Positions 8,300 to 15,845 of a stretch of 64,000 bases of DNA are shown one piece after another. Within the stretch, counting starts at the first letter, position 1, and the number at the start of each line of letters is the position of its first letter. This stretch comes from an uncultured delta proteobacterium (GTDB lineage Bacteria > Myxococcota_A > Polyangia > Fen-1088), in NCBI GenBank assembly GCA_963796685.1, contig CAWCMR010000010.1, positions 1 through 64,000 of the forward strand, given 5' to 3'. A program made the position numbers and the translations under genes. A model generated the notes under the pieces. That model saw only the letters and a list, made by a program, of their open reading frames with translations, was not told the DNA's origin and made no database searches.

Positions 8300-8367
8300 G
8301 CCGAACACGGCGTTGCACCCGACGATCGGCCGCAGAAGGCCGCTCGCGGGTGAACGCCAGGGCGTTA
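8300..8367 (+). repeat. attC site with R' box interrupted by ISAzo13
   Basis: GCCGAAC...G-TTA|IS|TTA-GCC; removing the IS restores GTTAGCC. Confidence 0.85.
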
Positions 8368-9695
8368 GGTCTCGCGCGTAAATAAAAGAGCGCATATAGG
8401 GACAATTGCGTATATTGTGCACTCAAAGGGAAGAGTGTCGCAATATGGACGAAGTGGAACGGGTTCGAAAGCTCTTTTGTGATCTGACGCCCATTTTGAA
8501 TGAGCGCCAGATTCGACTGTGGGCCGCAGCGGAAGCAGAATCACTGGGTCGCGGCGGCGTCGCCATCGTCACTCGCGCGACCGGCCTGCGCCACAAGAGA
8601 ATCGTTGCAGGGAAAAGAGATTTGCAGGTGCAGCGGGAGACGCCGCCATTGGCGGCACCATGCGAACAGAGGGTGCGCCGCCCCGGTGCTGGGCGCAAAC
8701 GCATTGAGGATCAGGACCCAGAACTGGTCAAAGCCCTTGAGCGTCTGATCGACCCCGCTACACGAGGAGATCCGGAATCGCCGCTTCGTTGGACAAGCAA
8801 AGGCACGCGGCGCCTCGCTGAAGAACTGACAGCGCAGGGGCACCCGGTCAGCGCAACCAAGGTGCGAGAGCTACTGGTGGATCTGGACTACAGTCTGCAG
8901 GCAAACCACAAGACCAGAGAGGGCAAGCAGGATCCAGACCGAGATGCCCAGTTCGAGTACATCAACCGCCGGGCGAAGGAGTTCCAGTCGAAGGGGCTGC
9001 CTGTAATCTCTGTCGACACCAAAAAGAAGGAGAACCTGGGCGATTTCAAGAACGGAGGCCGCGAATGGGAGCCGAAGGGTTCGCCGGTTCCCGTCCGGGT
9101 TCATGACTTCATTGACAAGGAACTCGGCAAGGCGATTCCGTATGGCGTGTACGACCTCGCAAGGAACGAGGGTTGGGTGAGCGTGGGGATTGACCACGAC
9201 ACCGCCGAGTTTGCAGTGGAAACCATCCGTCGTTGGTGGAAGAGGATGGGCAAGGCAGTGTATCCGGAAGCGGAGGAGCTGCTCATCACTGCGGACGGAG
9301 GTGGCAGCAACGGGGCACGAGTGCGTCTTTGGAAGACAGAACTTCAGGAATTCGCGGACGAGAGCGGATTGCGGATACAAGTAGCGCACTACCCGCCTGG
9401 GACGAGCAAGTGGAACAAGATCGAACACCGGATGTTCTGCCACATCACCGCGAACTGGAGGGGGAGGCCGCTTGAGACTCTCGAAACCGTCGTCAATCTG
9501 ATTGGAGCCACAACGACAAAGCGGGGCCTCCACATCCGCGCCGCCGCCGACCGGAACTCGTACAAAAAGGGAATCAAGGTCGCACACGAGGAGATGGAAG
9601 CCGTCAATCTTCGCCCCGCCCGTTTCAGAGGTGACTGGAACTACACAGTCACGCCGCAATCAGACTAATGCGATCAGTTATTTTCGCGCGAGACC
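8368..9695 (+). mobile_element. ISAzo13-family IS
   Basis: 18-bp TIRs GGTCTCGCGCG(T/A)AAATAA; 3-bp TSD TTA at 8365-8367 and 9696-9698. Confidence 0.92.
8445..9668 (+). CDS. ISAzo13 transposase
   Basis: TRGDPESPLRWTSK, ISVDTKKKE, TADGGGSNG, PGTSKWNKIEHRMF. Confidence 0.93.
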   Translation: MDEVERVRKLFCDLTPILNERQIRLWAAAEAESLGRGGVAIVTRATGLRHKRIVAGKRDLQVQRETPPLAAPCEQRVRRPGAGRKRIEDQDPELVKALERLIDPATRGDPESPLRWTSKGTRRLAEELTAQGHPVSATKVRELLVDLDYSLQANHKTREGKQDPDRDAQFEYINRRAKEFQSKGLPVISVDTKKKENLGDFKNGGREWEPKGSPVPVRVHDFIDKELGKAIPYGVYDLARNEGWVSVGIDHDTAEFAVETIRRWWKRMGKAVYPEAEELLITADGGGSNGARVRLWKTELQEFADESGLRIQVAHYPPGTSKWNKIEHRMFCHITANWRGRPLETLETVVNLIGATTTKRGLHIRAAADRNSYKKGIKVAHEEMEAVNLRPARFRGDWNYTVTPQSD

Positions 9696-10088
9696 TTAGC
9701 CAGACCGAGCGGGACTCTTCTTTGCGCGAAACTTCACCTCGGGCAGGCCTTCAAAGTCGGAATCTTGCGTCCACAAGGTCGCCTCAGATTGTCGTGCGGT
9801 CGCAAGCACAACACTGTCGGCGAGCGCCAGCTTGCTATCGGTTCCGATCTTTGCGGCAATCAATGCCAAGGCCGAGTCAAGGTCCACGACTCGTCCCTGC
9901 TGCATGACCGCCACGGCCTGAAGAGCAGGTCCTTCGCCGCGCTGCTGGCAGACCCGTTTGAAAACCTCCAGGAGGCAGATGGACGGAACTACCAGTTCAT
10001 CCGTGGCCTCTATCGCGGCTGCGAAGAAACTCGCATTGGGTCCGTCCGCAAAATACTCCAGCCAAGCAGAGGAGTCGACGACGTTCAC
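9696..10088 (-). CDS. VapC PIN toxin
   Basis: VVDSSAWLEY...LADS...TQDSDF. Confidence 0.9.
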   Translation of the reverse strand: MNVVDSSAWLEYFADGPNASFFAAAIEATDELVVPSICLLEVFKRVCQQRGEGPALQAVAVMQQGRVVDLDSALALIAAKIGTDSKLALADSVVLATARQSEATLWTQDSDFEGLPEVKFRAKKSPARSG

Positions 10089-10291
10089 ACTCGATCCTTG
10101 TCACGAGGTACTGTGGTGTTGATACCTTTCAAGAACCCACGCATTGCGCGCGGCGATCGGACGGGAATGAACTCGACACGATCGAGGTATTGCAACGCTT
10201 CAACCTTCTGCCCAGGCTTTAGCCCTAAGGTTTCGCGGATTTGCAAAGGTATGACAACCTGGAACTTTGGCGATAGCGTGACCGTAGGCAT
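10085..10291 (-). CDS. AbrB/MazE-type antitoxin
   Basis: LSPKFQVVIPLQIRETLGLKPGQ. Confidence 0.9.
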   Translation of the reverse strand: MPTVTLSPKFQVVIPLQIRETLGLKPGQKVEALQYLDRVEFIPVRSPRAMRGFLKGINTTVPRDKDRV

Positions 10292-10353
10292 TGGCTTCTC
10301 TCCGTACAACGATGTAGTAATCTATAGCATATGCGTTGTACGATTCAAAGGCT

Positions 10354-10405
10354 GGCTAACAAGGCGTTGAATGCGACAGGCGCTGGTGCGCCTGCGCGTT
10401 AACGG
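10354..10405 (+). repeat. attC (R'' to L'), interrupted by a group II intron; the remainder with R' lies at 11365-11377
   Basis: GGCTAAC...GTTAACGG|intron|CAAGGCGTTATGC. Confidence 0.85.
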
Positions 10406-11364
10406 GTGCGCCCAGCATGGACGTCATCTTGGGGGTGCAAGTCCCCCGAAAGGAGACCATCCCAAACGAAGCGAACTGCAACTGCGAAAGGGCGACCAAT
10501 CGTGGGGAGGAAGCAGGGAGCGAAACCGCGGGCGGATGAACAAAAACCGGATAAGAGGCGGCGCCGAGCGGGGCGAGTGTGCCCGTTGCCACGAAGCCTC
10601 GATGGTCAAAGCTCAGGCTACGTAGATCCGGCGGTCGCGCGGGGAAGGAAGACGTTCTTACCTGTGGAGATCTCGCCTTGCGCCTGAAAGGGCGACGCCG
10701 CGCAAGCGGCGGGGCGAGAAGTCAGCAGAGGTCGTAGTAGCGAAGTCGAAGCCGGGGCGGTGAAAAGCCGAGGCTGGAAGTCTTTGGCGAGGCGAAGGAC
10801 CGAACGAGAAGGAGACGCGAACCATCGCGGGAAGGTATGGAAACCCGCCCAGGGTTTCCATATCAGAGAATAGGGGTGAAGCCCCGACGGGAAAGCGGAG
10901 CGAGGAAGCGCCGACGGCGACGCATGAAAACGAGCGCTCGGACGGACAGGCGGACGAAGCATCGAGCAAGTGTGCAAGCGGCTGGGCGAGTACTTGCGCG
11001 GTTGGAAGGAATACTTCCACCTTGCAGAGACGCCCCGCATCTTCGACAACCTTGACCGATGGATTCGCCGACGCCTGCGCGCCCTCCACCTGAAACACTG
11101 GGGACAACAAGCGACCGTCTACCGCGAGCTACGCGCCCGAGGCATGTCGAAGGACGCAGCCATGGTCGTGGCCGTGAACTGTCGCCGGTGGTGGATGAAC
11201 TCGGGTATAATGCTTCATGTGGCACTTCCCAATCGCTACTTCGACCAGCTGGGGGTCCCCCGACTGGCCGCGTAATCTCGACTTCACGAACCGCCCGGTG
11301 CGGACCCGCATGCCGGGTGGTGTGGCAGGGGTCCTTGACGATCTGTCGAGGCCCCTATGCCGAT
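10406..11364 (+). mobile_element. group IIC intron with internally deleted RT ORF
   Basis: 5' GTGCG; domain V GAACCGCCCGGTGCGGACCCGCATGCCGGGTGGTG (~11288) with CGC triad; DVI ending CCTATGCCGAT. Confidence 0.88.
10970..11275 (+). pseudogene. maturase (domain X) remnant of the intron-encoded protein
   Basis: YLRGWKEYF...LDRWIRRRLR...LPNRYFDQLG; no YADD RT core. Confidence 0.85.
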
Positions 11365-11393
11365 CAAGGCGTTATGCGGACCGGTGCTTGGGC

Positions 11394-11422
11394 TTGCATG
11401 TATGTACGATAGTGCATACACT
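11394..11422 (+). promoter_or_regulatory. TA cassette promoter with operator
   Basis: TTGCAT-N17-TACACT; IR TGTATGTAC/GTGCATACA. Confidence 0.6.
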
Positions 11423-11428
11423 TAGGGC

Positions 11429-11694
11429 ATGTCCTATCAGTGGGATCCGGCGAAGGCTCGGGCCAACCGAGCGAAGCACGGCATCAGCTTCGCTGACGCC
11501 GTCGCGGTCTTCGAAGATCCTCGAGCCATCACTCTCGATGACCCTCATCCTGACGAGGATCGCTATGTCACGGTCGGGCTCGATTTTCTCGGTCGAGTGG
11601 TCGTCGTGTGCTGACCTGGCGGGACGAAGAGGTCCGTTTGATCTCGGCCAGGAAAGCGACCAGGGCCGAGCTACGCGAGTATCAGGAGGAGTAG
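11429..11694 (+). pseudogene. BrnT toxin, frameshifted at ~11612
   Basis: WDPAKARANRAKHGISF in one frame, then TWRDEEVRLISARKAT in a shifted frame. Confidence 0.8.
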
Positions 11695-11696
11695 CC

Positions 11697-11984
11697 ATGC
11701 GCAACGAGTACGACTTCAAGAAGGGAAAGCGAGGAGCGGTTCTGCCTGCCCCTACGGGCAAGACGCGGATCACGATTCGTCTCGACGACGACATTCTAGA
11801 ATGGTTCCGGCATCAGGCTGACGCTGCGGGCGGCGGCAACTACCAAAGCATGATCAACGAGGCGCTCCGAACGGTCGCGACCGAAGGGCCTGCCAAGCTT
11901 GAGACGGTTGTCCGCCGGGTAGTCCGCGAGGAACTGAAGCGTGTTGGCGAGCCACGTCGGTCAAGGCGCGCGAAGGCCGCATAA
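11697..11984 (+). CDS. BrnA family antitoxin
   Basis: MRNEYDF...ITIRLDDDILEWFR...YQSMINEAL. Confidence 0.9.
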   Translation: MRNEYDFKKGKRGAVLPAPTGKTRITIRLDDDILEWFRHQADAAGGGNYQSMINEALRTVATEGPAKLETVVRRVVREELKRVGEPRRSRRAKAA

Positions 11985-12046
11985 CATAACCGCGCATTGC
12001 AGCGGACGGCGCTGGCGCGCCGCCGCTGAATGCGCAACCGTTGGGC
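11979..12046 (+). repeat. attC site (ATAAC duplicated at R'')
   Basis: GCATAACATAAC...ATTGCAGC/GCTGAAT...GTTGGGC. Confidence 0.85.
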
Positions 12047-12073
12047 AGACGTCGTCGAGCTCCTGCATGGGGC

Positions 12074-12101
12074 TTGACTGTTCCCCTGATGGGGGTACAC
12101 T
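12074..12101 (+). promoter_or_regulatory. TA cassette promoter
   Basis: TTGACT-N16-TACACT with CCCC-TGAT-GGGG palindrome in the spacer. Confidence 0.6.
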
Positions 12102-12108
12102 CTGGTGT

Positions 12109-12384
12109 GTGCGTGTCGAACTGTCAAGTACCGCGGAGAAACAGCTTGCGAAAATACCTGGGCATATCGTCAGGAAGTTCGCGCTGTGGGTGGACCTTGT
12201 GTCCGTCGAAGGGCTCGCCGCGGCACGCGCGGTCCCGGGATTCCGCGACCACGGCTTGAAGGGCGAATGGCAGGGGTATCGAGCGATTCGGTTGAGCGCA
12301 GCGTACAGAGCAATCTATCAGGAACGTCAGGCCGGGGAGATCCACCTGGTCTATGTCGAGGAGGTGAACAAACATGATTACTAG
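12109..12384 (+). CDS. RelE/YafQ/HigB-like mRNA interferase toxin
   Basis: GFRDHGLKGEWQGYRAIRLS..YRAIY. Confidence 0.85.
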   Translation: MRVELSSTAEKQLAKIPGHIVRKFALWVDLVSVEGLAAARAVPGFRDHGLKGEWQGYRAIRLSAAYRAIYQERQAGEIHLVYVEEVNKHDY

Positions 12385-12703
12385 GAAGGCGAAGCGGAAG
12401 ACTCGGCGAGAGGCGTCGAGGTATCTGGAAACCCTGATGGGCAGCCCGCTGACCCTTGGAGCAGCTCTTTCAGGGTTGCGCGAGGCGGACGAACACAGTT
12501 TGGCCGAGTTCGCGAAGGCTCTCGGAGTTTCGAGGTCACACCTCTGTGACATCGAGCAGGGGCGCCGCGCAGTAAGTCCAGAACGGGCGGCTCGTTTCGC
12601 TCAGGCGCTCGGCCAGAACGAGGCTCAGTTTGTGAGGCTGGCGCTCCAGGACCAAGTCCGAGGCGCCGGGTTGAAGCTGACCGTAGAAGTAAAGGCCGCG
12701 TGA
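12374..12703 (+). CDS. HigA-like XRE antitoxin
   Basis: LAEFAKALGVSRSHLCDIEQGRR. Confidence 0.85.
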   Translation: MITRKAKRKTRREASRYLETLMGSPLTLGAALSGLREADEHSLAEFAKALGVSRSHLCDIEQGRRAVSPERAARFAQALGQNEAQFVRLALQDQVRGAGLKLTVEVKAA

Positions 12704-12710
12704 AGGCGCT

Positions 12711-12781
12711 GCCCAACAAGGCGTTGAACGCGACGGTCGGCCGCGGACGGCCGCCCGCGCGTTAACGCCAAACCGTTCGGC
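12711..12781 (+). repeat. attC site
   Basis: GCCCAAC...GTTCGGC. Confidence 0.9.
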
Positions 12782-12796
12782 AGACGGAGGTCCCAT

Positions 12797-13108
12797 ATGA
12801 GCAACTTGAAAGAAATGGCGGCCAGACGAAAGGAGACGCACGCGAAGCTCCTGGCAGCCAAGTCGCGTGTGTATCAGGCGTTTCTTGAGATGGAGCGCGC
12901 AGCGTATTCGGATGGCGCCCTTTCCAAGAAGCAAAAGGAACTAATCGCCGTCGGGATTTCGGTCGCCACCGATTGCGAATCCTGCATGCAGTGGCACATC
13001 GAGCAGGCTGCCGCAGCGGGTGCCTCGGAACCGGAAGTCCTTGAGGCGGTCGAGGTCGGGATCGAAATGGCAGGCGGTCCTGGCACGGTTTCAGACGGGA
13101 ATCGGTGA
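12797..13108 (+). CDS. carboxymuconolactone decarboxylase/AhpD family protein, probably 3'-truncated
   Basis: KELIAVGISV..DCESCMQWH; no attC follows it. Confidence 0.8.
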   Translation: MSNLKEMAARRKETHAKLLAAKSRVYQAFLEMERAAYSDGALSKKQKELIAVGISVATDCESCMQWHIEQAAAAGASEPEVLEAVEVGIEMAGGPGTVSDGNR

Positions 13109-13111
13109 GGG

Positions 13112-13139
13112 TTGACCCAAGGTTATACCGGGTTATACT
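13112..13139 (+). promoter_or_regulatory. TA promoter with GGTTATAC direct repeats
   Basis: TTGACC-N16-TATACT. Confidence 0.65.
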
Positions 13140-13145
13140 TCAGGT

Positions 13146-13382
13146 ATGAAGACGGCAGTTTCCATCCCGGACGAGATATTTGAGCGGGCTGAGACCCTTG
13201 CGCACCGGGCGAAGCGCTCGAGGAGCGAGGTCTATTCGTGCGCACTCAGCGAGTACGTGGCGCGCCACTCGCCGGACAGTGTCACGGAGGCGATGAACCG
13301 TGTTCTCGAAGACGTGAAGGAGCCGGCCGATGGATTTGCGTCGCGTGCTGCCCGGCGCACGCTGGAGCGTAGCGAGTGGTGA
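13146..13382 (+). CDS. ribbon-helix-helix antitoxin
   Basis: MKTAVSIPDEIF...SRSEVY; translationally coupled to the MazF gene. Confidence 0.85.
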   Translation: MKTAVSIPDEIFERAETLAHRAKRSRSEVYSCALSEYVARHSPDSVTEAMNRVLEDVKEPADGFASRAARRTLERSEW

Positions 13383-13723
13383 CCGTCTCTCAGGGAGAGG
13401 TGTGGTGGGCGGATCTCGGCGAGCCACGCGGATCGAAGCCAGGATTCCGACGGCCAGTATTGGTCATACAGGGTGATGCTTTGAATCGGAGTCGAATCGC
13501 GACCGCCGTTTGCGTTGCCTTGACCAGCAACGTGAAGTGGGCTTCTGCCCCGGGCAACGTTCTTCTTTCTGAGAGCGCGACCGGGCTGCCCAAGGAATCG
13601 GTGGCGAACGTCTCGCAGATTGTGACTCTCGACAAGTCCGAGTTGACTACTCGGGTGGGCAAGCTGCCCAAGACGAAACTGGAGCTTGTACTGTCTGGAG
13701 TGGATGTAGTGCTTGGACGGTAA
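13376..13723 (+). CDS. MazF/PemK toxin
   Basis: QGEVWWADL...RRPVLVIQ...SQIVTLDK. Confidence 0.92.
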   Translation: MVTVSQGEVWWADLGEPRGSKPGFRRPVLVIQGDALNRSRIATAVCVALTSNVKWASAPGNVLLSESATGLPKESVANVSQIVTLDKSELTTRVGKLPKTKLELVLSGVDVVLGR

Positions 13724-13729
13724 GCCGCC

Positions 13730-13749
13730 GTCGAACAAGCCGATGAAGC
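13730..13749 (+). repeat. orphan left half of an attC
   Basis: GTCGAACAAGCCGATGAAGC, then no L'/R'. Confidence 0.7.
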
Positions 13750-13750
13750 T

Positions 13751-13940
13751 CTCGTAGATGAGGAGGGCACGCTGTACCGATAATGAGGACAGGTTTGTGC
13801 TTCTCGGACTCAGCGGGCAGCTGCGAACGCTGGTGGTCTGTCACCGCTACCGTCAGCAGGACGATGTCATCCGCATCATCTCGGCGCGCAAGGCGAATTC
13901 CTTCGAGCGCGGGCAGTACGAGGATCGGAGAATGAGATGA
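13751..13940 (+). pseudogene. 5'-truncated BrnT toxin
   Basis: EDRFVLLGLS...VIRIISARKA; the N-terminal WD..KHG part is absent. Confidence 0.8.
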
Positions 13941-14200
13941 GGAAGAACTACGACTTTTCGAGGGCAGTCCGGAATCCCTACGCTCGGCGGCTCAAGCGCC
14001 AGCTCACAATTCGTCTGGACGAGGACACCATCGACTACTTCCAGGGCCTGTCGCGTGAGATGTCGCTGCCGTACCAGACGCTCATAAATATGTACCTGCG
14101 CGACTGCGCCGAGACTGGGAAGCGTCCTCATTGGTCCGTGCCTTCGCCCCCGAAGCGGGCGATGAAGCGGAGGGGCTTCGCCCGCCGCCTATCGGCATAG
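13937..14200 (+). CDS. BrnA family antitoxin
   Basis: MRKNYDFS...TIRLDEDTIDYF...PYQTLINMYL; reads through the attC. Confidence 0.88.
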   Translation: MRKNYDFSRAVRNPYARRLKRQLTIRLDEDTIDYFQGLSREMSLPYQTLINMYLRDCAETGKRPHWSVPSPPKRAMKRRGFARRLSA

Positions 14201-14208
14201 CGTTAGCC
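14149..14208 (+). repeat. degenerate attC (R'' reads CCCGAAG)
   Basis: GATGAAGCGG/CCGCCTATC arms, R' GTTAGCC. Confidence 0.65.
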
Positions 14209-14231
14209 CGACCTGCGGCCCTCTTCTGATC

Positions 14232-14645
14232 TCAAGCGAACGGGTTTACGACTCGCAGGGAACCGAACCGCTGGTTGTGGCTTAGATCCTCGGAGTAGAG
14301 GCGTTCGCATCCGGCTGTTACCGCCGCCTGCACCACCATCGCGTCCCAAAACGAAAGATTCGCCTTTTGCTGAAGGTCTACGGCCGCGACTAGAAGCGCC
14401 CCAGTATTGTCGACAACCCGCCAAGTCAGGTACTCACGGACGATCTGAACAGCCTTCGTGGCGGCGAGCGGATGCTTCATCTTGCGCGTCACAGTCACGA
14501 AGAACTCCTGAAGCACCTGCACGCTGAGAACGCCTTCCCGTGTACGCCATAGATCGGCCACCAAGTCGCGAGCGACCTCGTGCTTGGACTTCGCGTCTTT
14601 GTCCTCGGCATAGACCAGGACGTTTGTATCAACGAAGAGTGTCAC
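14232..14645 (-). CDS. VapC PIN toxin
   Basis: FVDTNVLVY...SFWDAM...LYSEDL; start codon uncertain. Confidence 0.9.
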   Translation of the reverse strand: MTLFVDTNVLVYAEDKDAKSKHEVARDLVADLWRTREGVLSVQVLQEFFVTVTRKMKHPLAATKAVQIVREYLTWRVVDNTGALLVAAVDLQQKANLSFWDAMVVQAAVTAGCERLYSEDLSHNQRFGSLRVVNPFA

Positions 14646-14874
14646 GGTCGTGGAGCTCGTCTCGACTGGGGAGCGGCCTTCCACCAAGCGACTGCCCACG
14701 CGCGAGGCGCCTCAGCGCGTTGTCTCGCGCCTTTGCGTATCCGCGCTGGTCCTCGACCATCCGCCCCAACTCCTGACGTAGAAAGGCGGACACCGACTTG
14801 CCCTGGTGTGCCGCAAGCACACGCGCCTCCTGCAGGGTCTCTTCCGCGAGCGATAGAGTTATGTTGCGCATCAT
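14629..14874 (-). CDS. CopG/RHH antitoxin
   Basis: MRNITLSL...GKSVSAFL...SRDELH. Confidence 0.85.
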   Translation of the reverse strand: MMRNITLSLAEETLQEARVLAAHQGKSVSAFLRQELGRMVEDQRGYAKARDNALRRLARGQSLGGRPLPSRDELHDRDTLR

Positions 14875-14928
14875 GGCTACACGTGTTTCATGTGTAGCAC
14901 GTAAATCACGTGAAGGCAACTGCTGGCG

Positions 14929-15032
14929 GGCTAAAGCCGTTGAACCTGACGGTCCCGCCGCAGAGATATCGTAGTATCATCGAGTGGCCGGAACGTGCGG
15001 CGGGCCAGCAGGTTAACGCCAAGGCGTTCGGC
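14929..15032 (+). repeat. attC site with damaged R'' (GGCTAAA, 2-nt deletion)
   Basis: GTTGAACCTG/CAGGTTAAC arms, R' GTTCGGC. Confidence 0.8.
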
Positions 15033-15106
15033 GCACTCCTCGACCTTTTGATCTGGCGTGGGGGATCCGTAGGAGGTACTCTTGGACGTACTTTCTGGAG
15101 TACGTC

Positions 15107-15379
15107 ATGAGCAAGGTTCCAGCCATCGTTCCCGTAAGTGACCTTCGCGAGGATGCCGCCAACATCCTTGGTCGCATGAAGAAGTCCCACGAGCCCGTGG
15201 TCATCACCCAGCGCGGCAGAGCTGCGGCCGTGATGGTCAGCGTCGAGGAGTACGAACGGTCCAACCACGAAAGGGAAATCCTTCGCCTTCTCGCGCAAGG
15301 AAACAAGGAGGTCGCGGCGGGCAAGGGATACGAACTTGAGGACGTACTGAAGGAAGCTGAGCGGATCCTCGCGAAATGA
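15107..15379 (+). CDS. Phd/YefM antitoxin
   Basis: PVSDLR...EPVVITQRGRAAAVMVS. Confidence 0.9.
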   Translation: MSKVPAIVPVSDLREDAANILGRMKKSHEPVVITQRGRAAAVMVSVEEYERSNHEREILRLLAQGNKEVAAGKGYELEDVLKEAERILAK

Positions 15380-15684
15380 GGGTGCGGTTCACGCCGTCCG
15401 CGCGATCTCAGTTCCTGGCGGGGCTCGAGTACATCAGGGCCGGCAACCCTCTCGCCGCGCAGGCACTTCTTGCAAGGGTCACGAAGAGCCTGCGTCGGCT
15501 GACGAGCTATCCGCAGTCCGGACGCAAGCTCCCAGAATTCCCTGAGCTTGCGCATCGGGAAGTGATCGTTCCTCCATATCGCTTCTTCTATCGGGTGGAG
15601 AAGGCCGGCGTCTGGATCGTCGCCGTCTGGCATGGTGCTCAGTTGCCGACATCGCCCCAAACAGGTCGGCGCCGAACCCGTTGA
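15376..15684 (+). CDS. ParE/RelE toxin
   Basis: ATGA overlap; YPQSGRKLPE...REVIVPPYRFFYR. Confidence 0.88.
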   Translation: MRVRFTPSARSQFLAGLEYIRAGNPLAAQALLARVTKSLRRLTSYPQSGRKLPEFPELAHREVIVPPYRFFYRVEKAGVWIVAVWHGAQLPTSPQTGRRRTR

Positions 15685-15689
15685 ACCTG
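15671..15689 (+). repeat. eroded terminal attC remnant
   Basis: GCCGAAC-CCGTTGAACCTG with shortened spacer and no right arm. Confidence 0.55.
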
Positions 15690-15845
15690 CGCGTGGGCAA
15701 TCGTTACCACCTCGACGCCATCCGACAGCTCCCGAAAGAAGATGACGTATGGAAATCTCTGGGCTACGCCAAGGCCGCTGGCATGAGACTCGTACCACTC
15801 GGCGGCTGCCTGGAATTCCGCGCGTGTGGTGGAATCTGTAGAGCT

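Noticed and set aside
308-15690. Recurrent palindromic repeats read as CRISPR or REP
   Set aside because: They have R''/L''/L'/R' structure, are separated by gene-sized cassettes, and no cas genes are present
1-15700. Integron integrase or attI
   Set aside because: No tyrosine recombinase ORF in the window; it may lie upstream or be absent (CALIN)
15690-15845. Possible extra cassette after the last attC remnant
   Set aside because: No closing attC and no convincing ORF
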